A stretch of DNA of 64,000 bases, from contig CANQSI010000001.1 of NCBI GenBank assembly GCA_947626465.1, forward strand, positions 17,253-81,252, in the 5' to 3' direction. Source of the DNA: an uncultured Atopobiaceae bacterium (GTDB lineage Bacteria > Actinomycetota > Coriobacteriia > Coriobacteriales > Atopobiaceae). A program made the translations under genes and the position numbers. A model generated the notes under the pieces. It was given only the letters and a program-made list of their open reading frames with translations, was not told the origin of the DNA and searched no databases. How positions within the stretch are numbered: the first letter of the stretch is position 1; every line of letters starts with the position of its first letter. Below, piece after piece: positions 17,950 through 26,282 of the stretch.

Positions 17950-18815
17950 TCGCGCTCGAGGGCGCCCCGGTGGCACGCGCGCTGAACGATGCCTCGCGCG
18001 TGCGCCTTGCGCGGCTCGCGCTCGAGGGCATGCAGGCGAAGCTCTTCATCGTGCGCGTAGGACACGACGATTCCGATACCGCCTACCTGCGGGGAATTTC
18101 CCGCGCCGCCGAAACGAGTGGCCTTTCCGTGGAACTCGCGGAGCTTGAGGCCTCCATTCCCCAGGCAGAGCTCGACTCGCTGCTCGGCGACCTCTCCGCG
18201 GATCCCGAAGTCTCGGGAATCCTCTTGCTTAGGCCCCTGCCAGAGGGCCTTTCGGAGCAGGGGGCGGCGCGGATGATCGCTCCCGAGAAGGACGTCGACG
18301 CCATGGGCGAGCGCGCGCTCGCCCAGCTCTTCTCCGGGCGCGACGATGGCTTCGCTCCGGCTACCGCGAAGGCCGTGCTCGAGCTCCTCGACTTCTACGG
18401 ATACGACGTTGGCGGGCGCGTGGGATGCGTGCTCGGACGCTCGACGGTGGTGGGAAGGCCGCTCCAGGCGCTTCTCACCGCCCATGACGCCACCGTCACG
18501 CTCTGCCACTCGAAGACCCCCGCCACAGACGAGATCTGTCGCGCAAGCGAGTTCATCGTCTCCTGCGTTGGCGTGCCGGGTTTCGTGACGCCCGAGATGG
18601 TGGCCCCTGGCACCTGGGTGGTGGACGTGGGCATCAACGTCATGGAAGATGGATCGCTCGTGGGCGATGTGGCGAAGGACGTGGTCGAGGTGGCCGAGGC
18701 GCTCACGCCCGTTCCGGGAGGCGTGGGCGCGGTGACGGCGGCGACGCTCGTCTCGCAGGTGGTGCACGCTGCCGAGCAGCAAGCACGCACGAGAAGGGGA
18801 GAGACCCATGGGTGA
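17946..18815 (+). CDS. folD: Bifunctional methylene-THF dehydrogenase / methenyl-THF cyclohydrolase FolD
   Basis: GTG at 17946, 289 aa. Motifs include AKLFIVRVGHDDSDTAYLRG, VLGRSTVVGRPLQALL, CHSKT and TPVPGGVGAVT. The listed ORF from 17256 is an out-of-frame extension across the upstream gene. Confidence 0.9.
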   Translation: MIALEGAPVARALNDASRVRLARLALEGMQAKLFIVRVGHDDSDTAYLRGISRAAETSGLSVELAELEASIPQAELDSLLGDLSADPEVSGILLLRPLPEGLSEQGAARMIAPEKDVDAMGERALAQLFSGRDDGFAPATAKAVLELLDFYGYDVGGRVGCVLGRSTVVGRPLQALLTAHDATVTLCHSKTPATDEICRASEFIVSCVGVPGFVTPEMVAPGTWVVDVGINVMEDGSLVGDVAKDVVEVAEALTPVPGGVGAVTAATLVSQVVHAAEQQARTRRGETHG

Positions 18816-19566
18816 GGAACGCCAGAGCGTACATGCGATATTCGACGAGCTTGTCGCGCGCAAGAGCGTGCGTGCCTTCGAGGATCGAGAGATCCCAAAG
18901 GACGTGCGATCGAGGATCCTCGAAGCGGCCTTCCAAGCCCCCACAGCCGGAAACCAGCAGCTCTACAGCATCATCGATGTGCACGATCAGCAGGTGAGGG
19001 AGCGGCTCGCCGAGCTCTGCGACCACCAGCCCTTCATCGCGAAGGCGAAGATGGTGCTCGTGTTCGTGGCGGATTGCGAGAAGTGGCATGCGGCCTACGA
19101 GGAGGCGGGCATCGATGCGCGCCCCGCAGGCCCGGGGGACTTGCTCCTCTCCTTCGCCGATGCGGCGATCGCCGCGCAAAACGCGGTGGTGGCCGCCTGG
19201 GCGGAAGGCGTGGGCTCGTGCTACATAGGCGACGTGCTCGAGCGATACGAGGCCATGCGCGAGCTCCTGAGGTTGCCTTGCCAGGCGATGCCCGCGGTGA
19301 TGCTCGTCTTCGGCTATCCCACCGAGCAGCAAAAGCGCCGTCCCAAGCCGCTCCGCATGCCGTCGGATTGCGTCGTGATGCGTGATGCCTACCAGCCGCT
19401 TTCCGGCGAGAAGCTTCGCGAGATGCTCGCCTCGCGCCTCGGGACGAAGGGCTTTGAGGAATGGGTGCGCGCATTCCACGACCGCAAGTACGCCTCGGCC
19501 TTCGCCGCGGAGATGAATCGCTCAGCGGCTTGCTACCTCGAGGCGTTCGGGGAGCGCGAGGGATAG
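18808..19566 (+). CDS. Nitroreductase family protein
   Basis: 252 aa containing RKSVRAFEDREIPKDVRSRILEAAFQAPTAGNQQ, the nitroreductase FMN-binding N-terminal pattern. It overlaps the folD stop by 8 nt. Confidence 0.8.
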   Translation: MGEERQSVHAIFDELVARKSVRAFEDREIPKDVRSRILEAAFQAPTAGNQQLYSIIDVHDQQVRERLAELCDHQPFIAKAKMVLVFVADCEKWHAAYEEAGIDARPAGPGDLLLSFADAAIAAQNAVVAAWAEGVGSCYIGDVLERYEAMRELLRLPCQAMPAVMLVFGYPTEQQKRRPKPLRMPSDCVVMRDAYQPLSGEKLREMLASRLGTKGFEEWVRAFHDRKYASAFAAEMNRSAACYLEAFGEREG

Positions 19567-19617
19567 GCGCGCCTTTCGGGCAAGAGTGGCGCCCCAAAGC
19601 GCTAGGCTTTTGGCCCC

Positions 19618-20472
19618 ATGAGCTCAATTTCTTCGCACATACGTCGCGCGCTTCCCTACGCGGCGCCCATCATGGCCGGCTACGTGGCCATTGGCATCCC
19701 CTGCGGTATCCTCGAAGCCGAGGTGGGTATCGCGCCGTGGATGGCGTTCGTGTTCTCCGCCACCTTCTACTCGGGCGCGGGGCAGTTCATGCTCTCCAAC
19801 CTCTGGCTTGCCGGGCAGCCCCTCCTCGCCATCGCCGCGTCGATCTCCTTCGTGAACTTGCGCCAACTCCTCTATTCGGCGGCCTTCGCCCCGAGGTTCC
19901 AGAAGGTGAAGCGCTGGCTTGCGGCGCTCTTCGCCCTCACCGTGACCGACGAATCGTTCGGGGTGAACCTCGATCGCTTCGCCCAAAGCGAGGAGAGGGC
20001 GGTTTGCCCTGGCGATCCTGAAGCACGTCCGTGGGACGCCGCGGATGCCACCTGCGTGAACCTGCTTTCCATGAGCGCGTGGGCCACGGCGAACTTCGTA
20101 GGAGGGCTCGTCGGGAGCGCGCTTGCCATCCCCACCGCGGTGGCCTCCTTCGCCATGACGGCGATCTTCATCTGCCTCCTCTTCGGACGTTCCTTCACCT
20201 CGACCACCATCGTGGTGGGCGTGGTGTCGGCGGCGATGGTGGTGCTCATGAAGGCGGTGGGGCTCGAGCAGCCGGCGATCATCGTGGGCGCGGTGTGCGG
20301 GGTGGCAGCGGGATGCGCCTTTGCCGCCCTCACCCATGACCAGCCAATCGTTCCCGAGACGCCGGGCGAGGCCGTGGCCGACGATGCGGCCTATGCAGCG
20401 CATCTGATGGATGCCGAGCGCCTCGAGGCGGCAGAGGATGCCATGGGGGAGGTGGATGATGAGCTTCGCTGA
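19618..20472 (+). CDS. azlC: AzlC family branched-chain amino acid exporter subunit
   Basis: 284 aa, polytopic. GIPCGILEAEVGI...FYSGAGQFM...LRQLLYS is an AzlC-like pattern. It is followed by and overlaps a small AzlD-like gene. Confidence 0.8.
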   Translation: MSSISSHIRRALPYAAPIMAGYVAIGIPCGILEAEVGIAPWMAFVFSATFYSGAGQFMLSNLWLAGQPLLAIAASISFVNLRQLLYSAAFAPRFQKVKRWLAALFALTVTDESFGVNLDRFAQSEERAVCPGDPEARPWDAADATCVNLLSMSAWATANFVGGLVGSALAIPTAVASFAMTAIFICLLFGRSFTSTTIVVGVVSAAMVVLMKAVGLEQPAIIVGAVCGVAAGCAFAALTHDQPIVPETPGEAVADDAAYAAHLMDAERLEAAEDAMGEVDDELR

Positions 20473-20791
20473 ATTCGGAATCCTCTACGCCATCCTCATG
20501 GCCACCATGGCGCTCTCGAGGTGCGTTCCGCTCTTCGCTTTAAGGGGGCGCGAGCTTTCGGCACGCGTGGTTGCGGTCCTCGACCTCATTCCCGTGGCGG
20601 CGTTCTCCGCGCTTGTGGCGAACGATCTCTTCCAGCCCGCCACGTGGACATCGGGAAGCGTCTGGCAGGCGCTCGTGCCGCTCATCGCCGCGGGAGGCGT
20701 GGTGGCTATCGCCAGGCGCACGGGCTCCCTCATCATGTGCGCCGTCGCCGGGCTCGTCTTCTACCTCGTACTGGGGGCCATTGCGCTCTGA
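20456..20791 (+). CDS. azlD: AzlD domain protein (small membrane partner of AzlC)
   Basis: 111-aa hydrophobic protein beginning MMSFAEFGILYAILMATMALSRCVPLF. The start ATG 20456/20459 overlaps the azlC 3' end, the typical azlCD organisation. Confidence 0.75.
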   Translation: MMSFAEFGILYAILMATMALSRCVPLFALRGRELSARVVAVLDLIPVAAFSALVANDLFQPATWTSGSVWQALVPLIAAGGVVAIARRTGSLIMCAVAGLVFYLVLGAIAL

Positions 20792-20902
20792 GGGCCACGC
20801 GCATTCGATCAACGCGATTGAGCAGGCGCGGGAAGTCCTCTCTGCCGTAGGATTGCCTTGTCCGCATGTGCCCTTAGGGCCTTATGAGAGAGGCAGGCTT
20901 CC

Positions 20903-22066
20903 ATGGCCAATCGCATCGTCCTCAACACCATCTCCTACCACGGCGAAGGCGCCCTGAACGAGCTCGTGGGCGAGCTTGATCGCAATGGCAAGAAGAAGGT
21001 CTTCGTGTGCACCGACCCCGACCTCGTGAAGTTCGGCGTCGCCAAGAAGGTCACCGACATCCTCGACGACGCAGCGGTGGACTACGAGGTCTTCCAGGAC
21101 GTGAAGCCGAACCCCACGATCGAGAACGTGCAGGCGGGCGTGGCGGCCTTCGAGGACTCCGGCGCCGACTGCATCATCGCGCTCGGCGGCGGGAGTGCCA
21201 TGGACACCGCGAAGGCCATCGGCATCATCGTGACGAACCCCGAGTTCGCCGACGTGCGCTCGCTCGAGGGCGTCGCGCCGACGCAGCACCACGCGGTCTT
21301 CACCATCGCCATCCCCACCACCTCCGGCACCGCCGCCGAGGTGACGATCAACTACGTGATCACCGACGTCCAGAAGAAGCGCAAGTTCGTGTGCGTGGAC
21401 ACCAATGACATCCCCGAGGTGGCCATCGTCGATCCCGCGATGATGGCCTCCATGCCCGTGGGCCTCACCGCGGCGACCGGCATGGACGCGCTCACGCACG
21501 CCATCGAGGGCTACACCACGAAGGCCGCGTGGGAGATCCCCGATATGTTCCACCTCGAGGCCATCCGCCTCATCTCCGAGCACCTCCGCGATGCGGTGGC
21601 CGAGGCCAAGAGCGGAGTCCCGGGCTCCGGGCGTGCGGGCATGGCGCTCGCCCAGTACATCGCGGGCATGGGCTTCTCGAACGTGGGCCTCGGCATCGCG
21701 CACTCCATGGCACACACCCTCGGTGCGAACTACGACACGCCGCACGGCGTGGCCTGCGCGATCATGCTTCCCCACGTGATGGCCTACAACGCCGACTCCA
21801 CGGGCGAGCGCCTGCGCGAGGTCGCGCGTGCGATGGGCGTGTCGGGCGTCGACGAGATGTCCATCGAGGACGCCCGCGAGGCTGCCGTGGACGCCGTCCG
21901 CCAGCTCGGCGAGGACGTGGGCATCCCCACGGTCGTGGACGGGCTCGTGGAAGACGACCTCGATCGCCTCGTGGCCGACACGCTCGCCGACGCGTGCGCG
22001 CCCGGAAACCCGCGCGAGCCTACGGCCGAGGACGTGGAGATCCTCTTCCGCAAGGTCATGCCCTAA
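20903..22066 (+). CDS. fucO: Iron-containing alcohol dehydrogenase, lactaldehyde reductase (FucO)-like
   Basis: 387 aa with long stretches close to what I recall of E. coli FucO: MANR..LN, PNPTI, GADCIIALGGGSAMDTAKAIGII, NPEFADVRSLEG, IPTTSGTAAEVTINYVITD, KRKFVCVD and DALTHAIEGY. Confidence 0.8.
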   Translation: MANRIVLNTISYHGEGALNELVGELDRNGKKKVFVCTDPDLVKFGVAKKVTDILDDAAVDYEVFQDVKPNPTIENVQAGVAAFEDSGADCIIALGGGSAMDTAKAIGIIVTNPEFADVRSLEGVAPTQHHAVFTIAIPTTSGTAAEVTINYVITDVQKKRKFVCVDTNDIPEVAIVDPAMMASMPVGLTAATGMDALTHAIEGYTTKAAWEIPDMFHLEAIRLISEHLRDAVAEAKSGVPGSGRAGMALAQYIAGMGFSNVGLGIAHSMAHTLGANYDTPHGVACAIMLPHVMAYNADSTGERLREVARAMGVSGVDEMSIEDAREAAVDAVRQLGEDVGIPTVVDGLVEDDLDRLVADTLADACAPGNPREPTAEDVEILFRKVMP

Positions 22067-22095
22067 GGCATCGCGCCCCTACGACGCACAAGGAA

Positions 22096-22129
22096 GGACC
22101 GCACCCCGATCTCGGGATGCGGTCCTTTT
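22096..22129. terminator. Bidirectional intrinsic terminator between convergent fucO and the permease gene
   Basis: GGACCGCACCCCGA/TCGGGATGCGGTCC hairpin (14 bp, one mismatch). It is followed by TTTT on the + strand and TTCCTT on the - strand. Confidence 0.65.
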
Positions 22130-22150
22130 CATGGGCGCTCGCGGAGGGGG

Positions 22151-24385
22151 TTACGAGGCGCTTGGAGCGGGCGGGTCAGCGGGCTTGTCCGGACTTGGCG
22201 TCGCGTTCTTGGAAGCCTCAGGCGCGGACGGCTTGGGTGCGGGTGCCTCGGGTGCGGAGGAGGCGCTTCCATCCAAGCCTGCGGCCCTTCTGGCGTCCTC
22301 GGCCGCGGCCTTCGCGGCCTTGGCGGCGTCGCGCGCTTTGGCGAGCGCCTCGTCGGCCTTGGCCTCCTGTTTGAGCGCGGCGGAGGCGACGGCGAGTTCC
22401 TCGGCCTTGGCCTCGGCGTCCTTTGCCGCTTGGAGGGCGTCCTCGGGAAGCGTCGCGGCGGCCACCTCTTCCGCGGTTGCGGCGGGTACGTGCCTTCGCG
22501 GTATGGCCACCGCGGGTTGCGTGTCCTTTCCCTTCGGCTTCGCCACTGCGTCGACGGTTTCCTGGAGCGGCTCGGGGACGGGCGTGGCGGTGACGGCGGT
22601 GCCGGCTTCCACTTTTTGCGCGGCCGTGGCGATGACGGCTTCCTTGCTCGCCTCGTGCGAGACGACGGGCTCGGGAGCGGGTGCTTCGTCGCCTTTGCCC
22701 TTTCCGAAGCGCTTTCCGCCCTTGTTGGAGCTATAGCCGGCGTACTGGGAGAGGTCGACGTGCGCGTCAGGCGACCACGGGTGCTTGATGGGAAGGCCCA
22801 TCGGGTCCTGGCCCTGCGCAAGGACGTCGGCGGGGACGTTCGAGGTCACGCGACCCGGCTTCTTCAGGCCTTCGATCTCCCAAGTGAAGGGGGACATCTC
22901 GTTCTTGGGGTCGACCCAGTTCTTCTTGCGGCTGATCGCGTAGATGCCGAAGGAGACGAGAAGGACGATCGCGGTGAGGGCGCAGACGATGATCACGTAG
23001 GTGGTGCCGGAGCCGATCTCGGCCTTGATCTGCGCGGGCGGGATGATCGAGAGGACGATGCCGAAGATCGAGGCAGCCGTGCCGACGCCGGCGACGATCC
23101 AGGCGCCCACCTTGCCACCGGGCACCACGAAGGAGCGCGGACGGTTCGGCTGCGTGTACTTCAGGCGGATGAATGCGATGAACATCAGCACGTAGTAGAG
23201 CATGTAGAGGATCGTGATGGCCTGCGTGATGAGGACGACGAAGCCCTCGATGTTGGGGAGCAAGAAGACGATGAAGGCGACGAGCGTCATGCCGCCGAGC
23301 TGCACGTACATGAGGCGGGACGGCATCCCGTTCTTGTTGGAGTTCTGCAGGAACTTCGGCAGGAAGCCCGAGCGTCCCGCGTTGCCGAGCATCACCGAGG
23401 GGCCGGCGAGGTTCGTCACGAGGTTCGCGATCGTGGCGCCGAGGCCCATGTAGACGAAGACCATGTAGAGCCATGGGATGCCTATGGTGGAGCCGAGGGT
23501 CTTGTACGTCGCGTAGAGCGTGTAGAGCACGTTGATCTGGTCGTTCGGGATGACGGCCGCGATGATGAGCGTGCCGACCATGAAGATGATGAGCGCGAGG
23601 ACCATCGAGATGACGATGGAGAGCGGGTAGGTCTTGCGCGGGTCCTTGATCTCCTTGATGTGGGCGGCGTTCATGTCGATGCCCGCGAAGGAGAAGAACA
23701 CGCCGGCCGCGAGCGCGAGGGTGTTCATGCCCTCCCACTTCGGGATGAGGGAGTTCGTGTTGGGATCCTGCATGAACTCGATGGGGTGGCCCTGGCCGAC
23801 GTAGACGAAGAACAGGATGATGATCACGGCGAGCGGGATGAAGGTGCCCACGAGCACGCCGTACTTGGTGAGCGGCGCAAAGGTCTTCACGCCCTTGGTG
23901 GCGAGCCAGCAGAGGAACCAATAGAACCCAAGCCAGCAGCACATGATCAAGAGCTCGTTCGAGGGGTGCTGGGCGAAGTTGACCGCCCAATCGAAGTCTG
24001 GCGTGAAGAACCCGATCGTGGCCGAGAAGCTCGCGACGCCGACGCCGAAGTTGAACGTCGTCTGGAACCAGAGCAGGAAGATGCAGACGAACGCCCACGC
24101 GGGGCCGATGCCTTCGCCGACCCACCTGAAGATGCCGCCGCGCTCGCTCCAGCCGCCTGCGAGTTCCGCCGCCACCAAGCCGGTGGGCAGGAAGAACACG
24201 AGGGCGCCGATGATGAAGTACGTCACCGAGGACAGGCCGTAGAACGACTGCTGCACGTCGTTCGCGAGGCCTGCGACCACGGTGACGTTCATCATCGTGA
24301 GTGCCGCGAGGGATATGTAATTCGTGCTTCTTGCGGTCGCTTGCTTCGCGACCGTACTGTCCGTGCCATGTTTCCTCAAGCTCAT
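22151..24385 (-). CDS. APC-family amino acid permease, glutamate:GABA antiporter (GadC)-like core with a ~260-aa low-complexity C-terminal tail
   Basis: ATG at 24385 with GAAGGAG upstream. About 485 aa of polytopic APC fold resemble GadC-type antiporters (AAELAGGWSERGGIFRWV, FSFAGIDMNAAHIKEIKDP, GPSVMLGNAGRSGFLPKF, NKNGMPSRLMYVQ, VVPGGKVG). After the last TM comes an Ala/Lys/Glu/Pro-rich tail encoded by 22154-22930. Confidence 0.85.
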   Translation of the reverse strand: MSLRKHGTDSTVAKQATARSTNYISLAALTMMNVTVVAGLANDVQQSFYGLSSVTYFIIGALVFFLPTGLVAAELAGGWSERGGIFRWVGEGIGPAWAFVCIFLLWFQTTFNFGVGVASFSATIGFFTPDFDWAVNFAQHPSNELLIMCCWLGFYWFLCWLATKGVKTFAPLTKYGVLVGTFIPLAVIIILFFVYVGQGHPIEFMQDPNTNSLIPKWEGMNTLALAAGVFFSFAGIDMNAAHIKEIKDPRKTYPLSIVISMVLALIIFMVGTLIIAAVIPNDQINVLYTLYATYKTLGSTIGIPWLYMVFVYMGLGATIANLVTNLAGPSVMLGNAGRSGFLPKFLQNSNKNGMPSRLMYVQLGGMTLVAFIVFLLPNIEGFVVLITQAITILYMLYYVLMFIAFIRLKYTQPNRPRSFVVPGGKVGAWIVAGVGTAASIFGIVLSIIPPAQIKAEIGSGTTYVIIVCALTAIVLLVSFGIYAISRKKNWVDPKNEMSPFTWEIEGLKKPGRVTSNVPADVLAQGQDPMGLPIKHPWSPDAHVDLSQYAGYSSNKGGKRFGKGKGDEAPAPEPVVSHEASKEAVIATAAQKVEAGTAVTATPVPEPLQETVDAVAKPKGKDTQPAVAIPRRHVPAATAEEVAAATLPEDALQAAKDAEAKAEELAVASAALKQEAKADEALAKARDAAKAAKAAAEDARRAAGLDGSASSAPEAPAPKPSAPEASKNATPSPDKPADPPAPSAS

Positions 24386-24527
24386 GGCTCGCTCCTTCAA
24401 ACCGCGCCTTTCAGGCGCCCCTCCGAATGGGTAGTGCAATCTCTGAGAGGGTGCATACCCCCCATGTGGGGCGCGTATATCGTGGAAGCCGTGAACGGTT
24501 CGTTACCAAAACCCCAGCTCAGTAGAT

Positions 24528-24569
24528 GAAAAGGGCAAGGCCCAAACCCACGTGCGCAGGGTTTGGGCC
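24528..24569 (-). terminator. Terminator-like hairpin downstream of pepC
   Basis: GGCCCAAACCC-9 nt-GGGTTTGGGCC (11-bp perfect stem), 47 nt after the pepC stop. A T-rich run (CTTGCCCTTTTC) follows on the minus strand but is not directly adjacent. Confidence 0.5.
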
Positions 24570-24615
24570 AAGCGATGCGCTCAAGGAGCGAGCGCGGGAG
24601 GTGCGTTTAGGTGCG

Positions 24616-25959
24616 TTATGGCACGGGGTTGAACGTGCTCCAGTAGGGAAGCACGACCGGCTCGGTGTCGAGGACGGCCAAGAGATCGTCGGGGAGGAGG
24701 TCCTTGCGGATGACGACCTCGTAGGTGTACTCGTCCATCCACTCGTCGTTCATGATGAAGTAGCCGTTGAAGCCCACCTTCTGGCCGTGGGCCTCGGCGC
24801 CCCAGGAGTTCTCGACCTTCCACTTCGTGGGCTTGCCGTCGACGATGTCGACGCCGCCGAGCATCATGGCGTGGGTGGGCAGGCTCTCGCGCGCGAGGTA
24901 GCGCTCGGTCTTGTCCATCGTGTCCTTGATGCCGAAGAGGGTCTCGAGGTCGTAGAGGCCGATGGCCATGATGCCCTTGTAGCGGTCGGAGCTCTGCAGC
25001 ACGTCGCAGCCGAACCACACCGGCTCGCCGTCCTCGAGCTGCTTGATTGCGAGGTCCTTCAAGACGTCCATCTCCACGTTCAGGTAGCGCACGGGCTCGG
25101 CGCCGGCGACCTCGTTTGCCATCTCGATCGTGAACATGCGGTTGTACGGGGTGGCATCGGTGGGGACGTTGGTCACGGCCACATACTCGCTCACGTCGTT
25201 GCAGTACTTCTTGTAGAACTCCTTGGCGGTGAGGCCGTAGTCGCCGTGGAAGTTGCCATCGGTGTCGCGATACTCGAAGTCGAACTTCTCAGGCGGCACG
25301 CCAAGGCACACGGCGCAGATCTTGTAGATGTCGCCGAGCATGGATTCCTTGGCCTGGGCGATCTCGTCTGCGCCCTTGCCATCGCGCACGAGCTTGCGAA
25401 GCTCGAGGGCGTCCTGGCGCATCTTACGGTTGAGGACCGTGTCCATCTCAGCGGAATCCATGGAGCAGGAGGTGTCGCCCATGGCGGTGAGCGGCATGAC
25501 GCCGTACTTCTCGATCAGCGGGGCGATGATCGGCCAGTCGCCGCCGTCTTGCTGCGGGGTGGAGAGGAGGAAGGTCACGCGGCGGTCGTCGAGGGAGCTG
25601 TCGGCGCTCGCGATGATCTGGTCGTAGAAGAAGTTGGCCTTCTCGAGCTTGTCGAAGAAGAAGTTGTAGTTCTGGGAGAGCTGGAAGCTGCCCTTCTTGA
25701 GCTTGAGCTTCTTCTCGATGTCGATGCGCAGGGTGTTCAAGGCGGCGAACATCCAGCAGCGGCCGGACTGCTTTTGGTTCGCGACGGCCTCTTGGTCGAC
25801 GTCGACGGAGAAGACGAAGCTCATCTCGTCGACGACGTTGTCATTTTGCGCGGAAGCCAAGATCCCGTTCCTGAAGACGGCGCGCTCAGTGGCCTGGCGC
25901 GTTTCGTCCTGCATAAACGAGTCCTTGAACTTCGCAAGCGTTTCCATATCGAGTGCCAT
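24616..25959 (-). CDS. pepC: Aminopeptidase C (C1-family cysteine peptidase, bleomycin hydrolase-like)
   Basis: ATG at 25959 preceded by AAAGGA. 447 aa with the active-site region QKQSGRCWMFAALN and a C-terminal ENSWG...GYFIMNDEWMDEYTYEVV pattern typical of PepC. Confidence 0.88.
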   Translation of the reverse strand: MALDMETLAKFKDSFMQDETRQATERAVFRNGILASAQNDNVVDEMSFVFSVDVDQEAVANQKQSGRCWMFAALNTLRIDIEKKLKLKKGSFQLSQNYNFFFDKLEKANFFYDQIIASADSSLDDRRVTFLLSTPQQDGGDWPIIAPLIEKYGVMPLTAMGDTSCSMDSAEMDTVLNRKMRQDALELRKLVRDGKGADEIAQAKESMLGDIYKICAVCLGVPPEKFDFEYRDTDGNFHGDYGLTAKEFYKKYCNDVSEYVAVTNVPTDATPYNRMFTIEMANEVAGAEPVRYLNVEMDVLKDLAIKQLEDGEPVWFGCDVLQSSDRYKGIMAIGLYDLETLFGIKDTMDKTERYLARESLPTHAMMLGGVDIVDGKPTKWKVENSWGAEAHGQKVGFNGYFIMNDEWMDEYTYEVVIRKDLLPDDLLAVLDTEPVVLPYWSTFNPVP

Positions 25960-26282
25960 GGTTCGTCCTTTCTCGCCGTGGGGCCGGCCAATCCGGCCCC
26001 TGTAAACTGGCACGAGCCTTAGACGGCGGGAGACGAAGGACAGCCATCGCCTGCACAAGACCGTGTTCAGTCCGTCTACTGAGTGCCCCGAATCGAAGGT
26101 CGCGAAACAGGAAGGGGGCCTTTGGACCCGCGGATGGCGAGACCTCTACACAACCTTCACGGATGTATGTCGTGCGTGGAAAAGATGGCTACACTACGGG
26201 CGGTCGTTCCCGTCAAATGCGGGAACAGCACGCGAAACGCACCGGGAATGCAGCAGCAACGACGCTAAAACGGGAGATTGAC

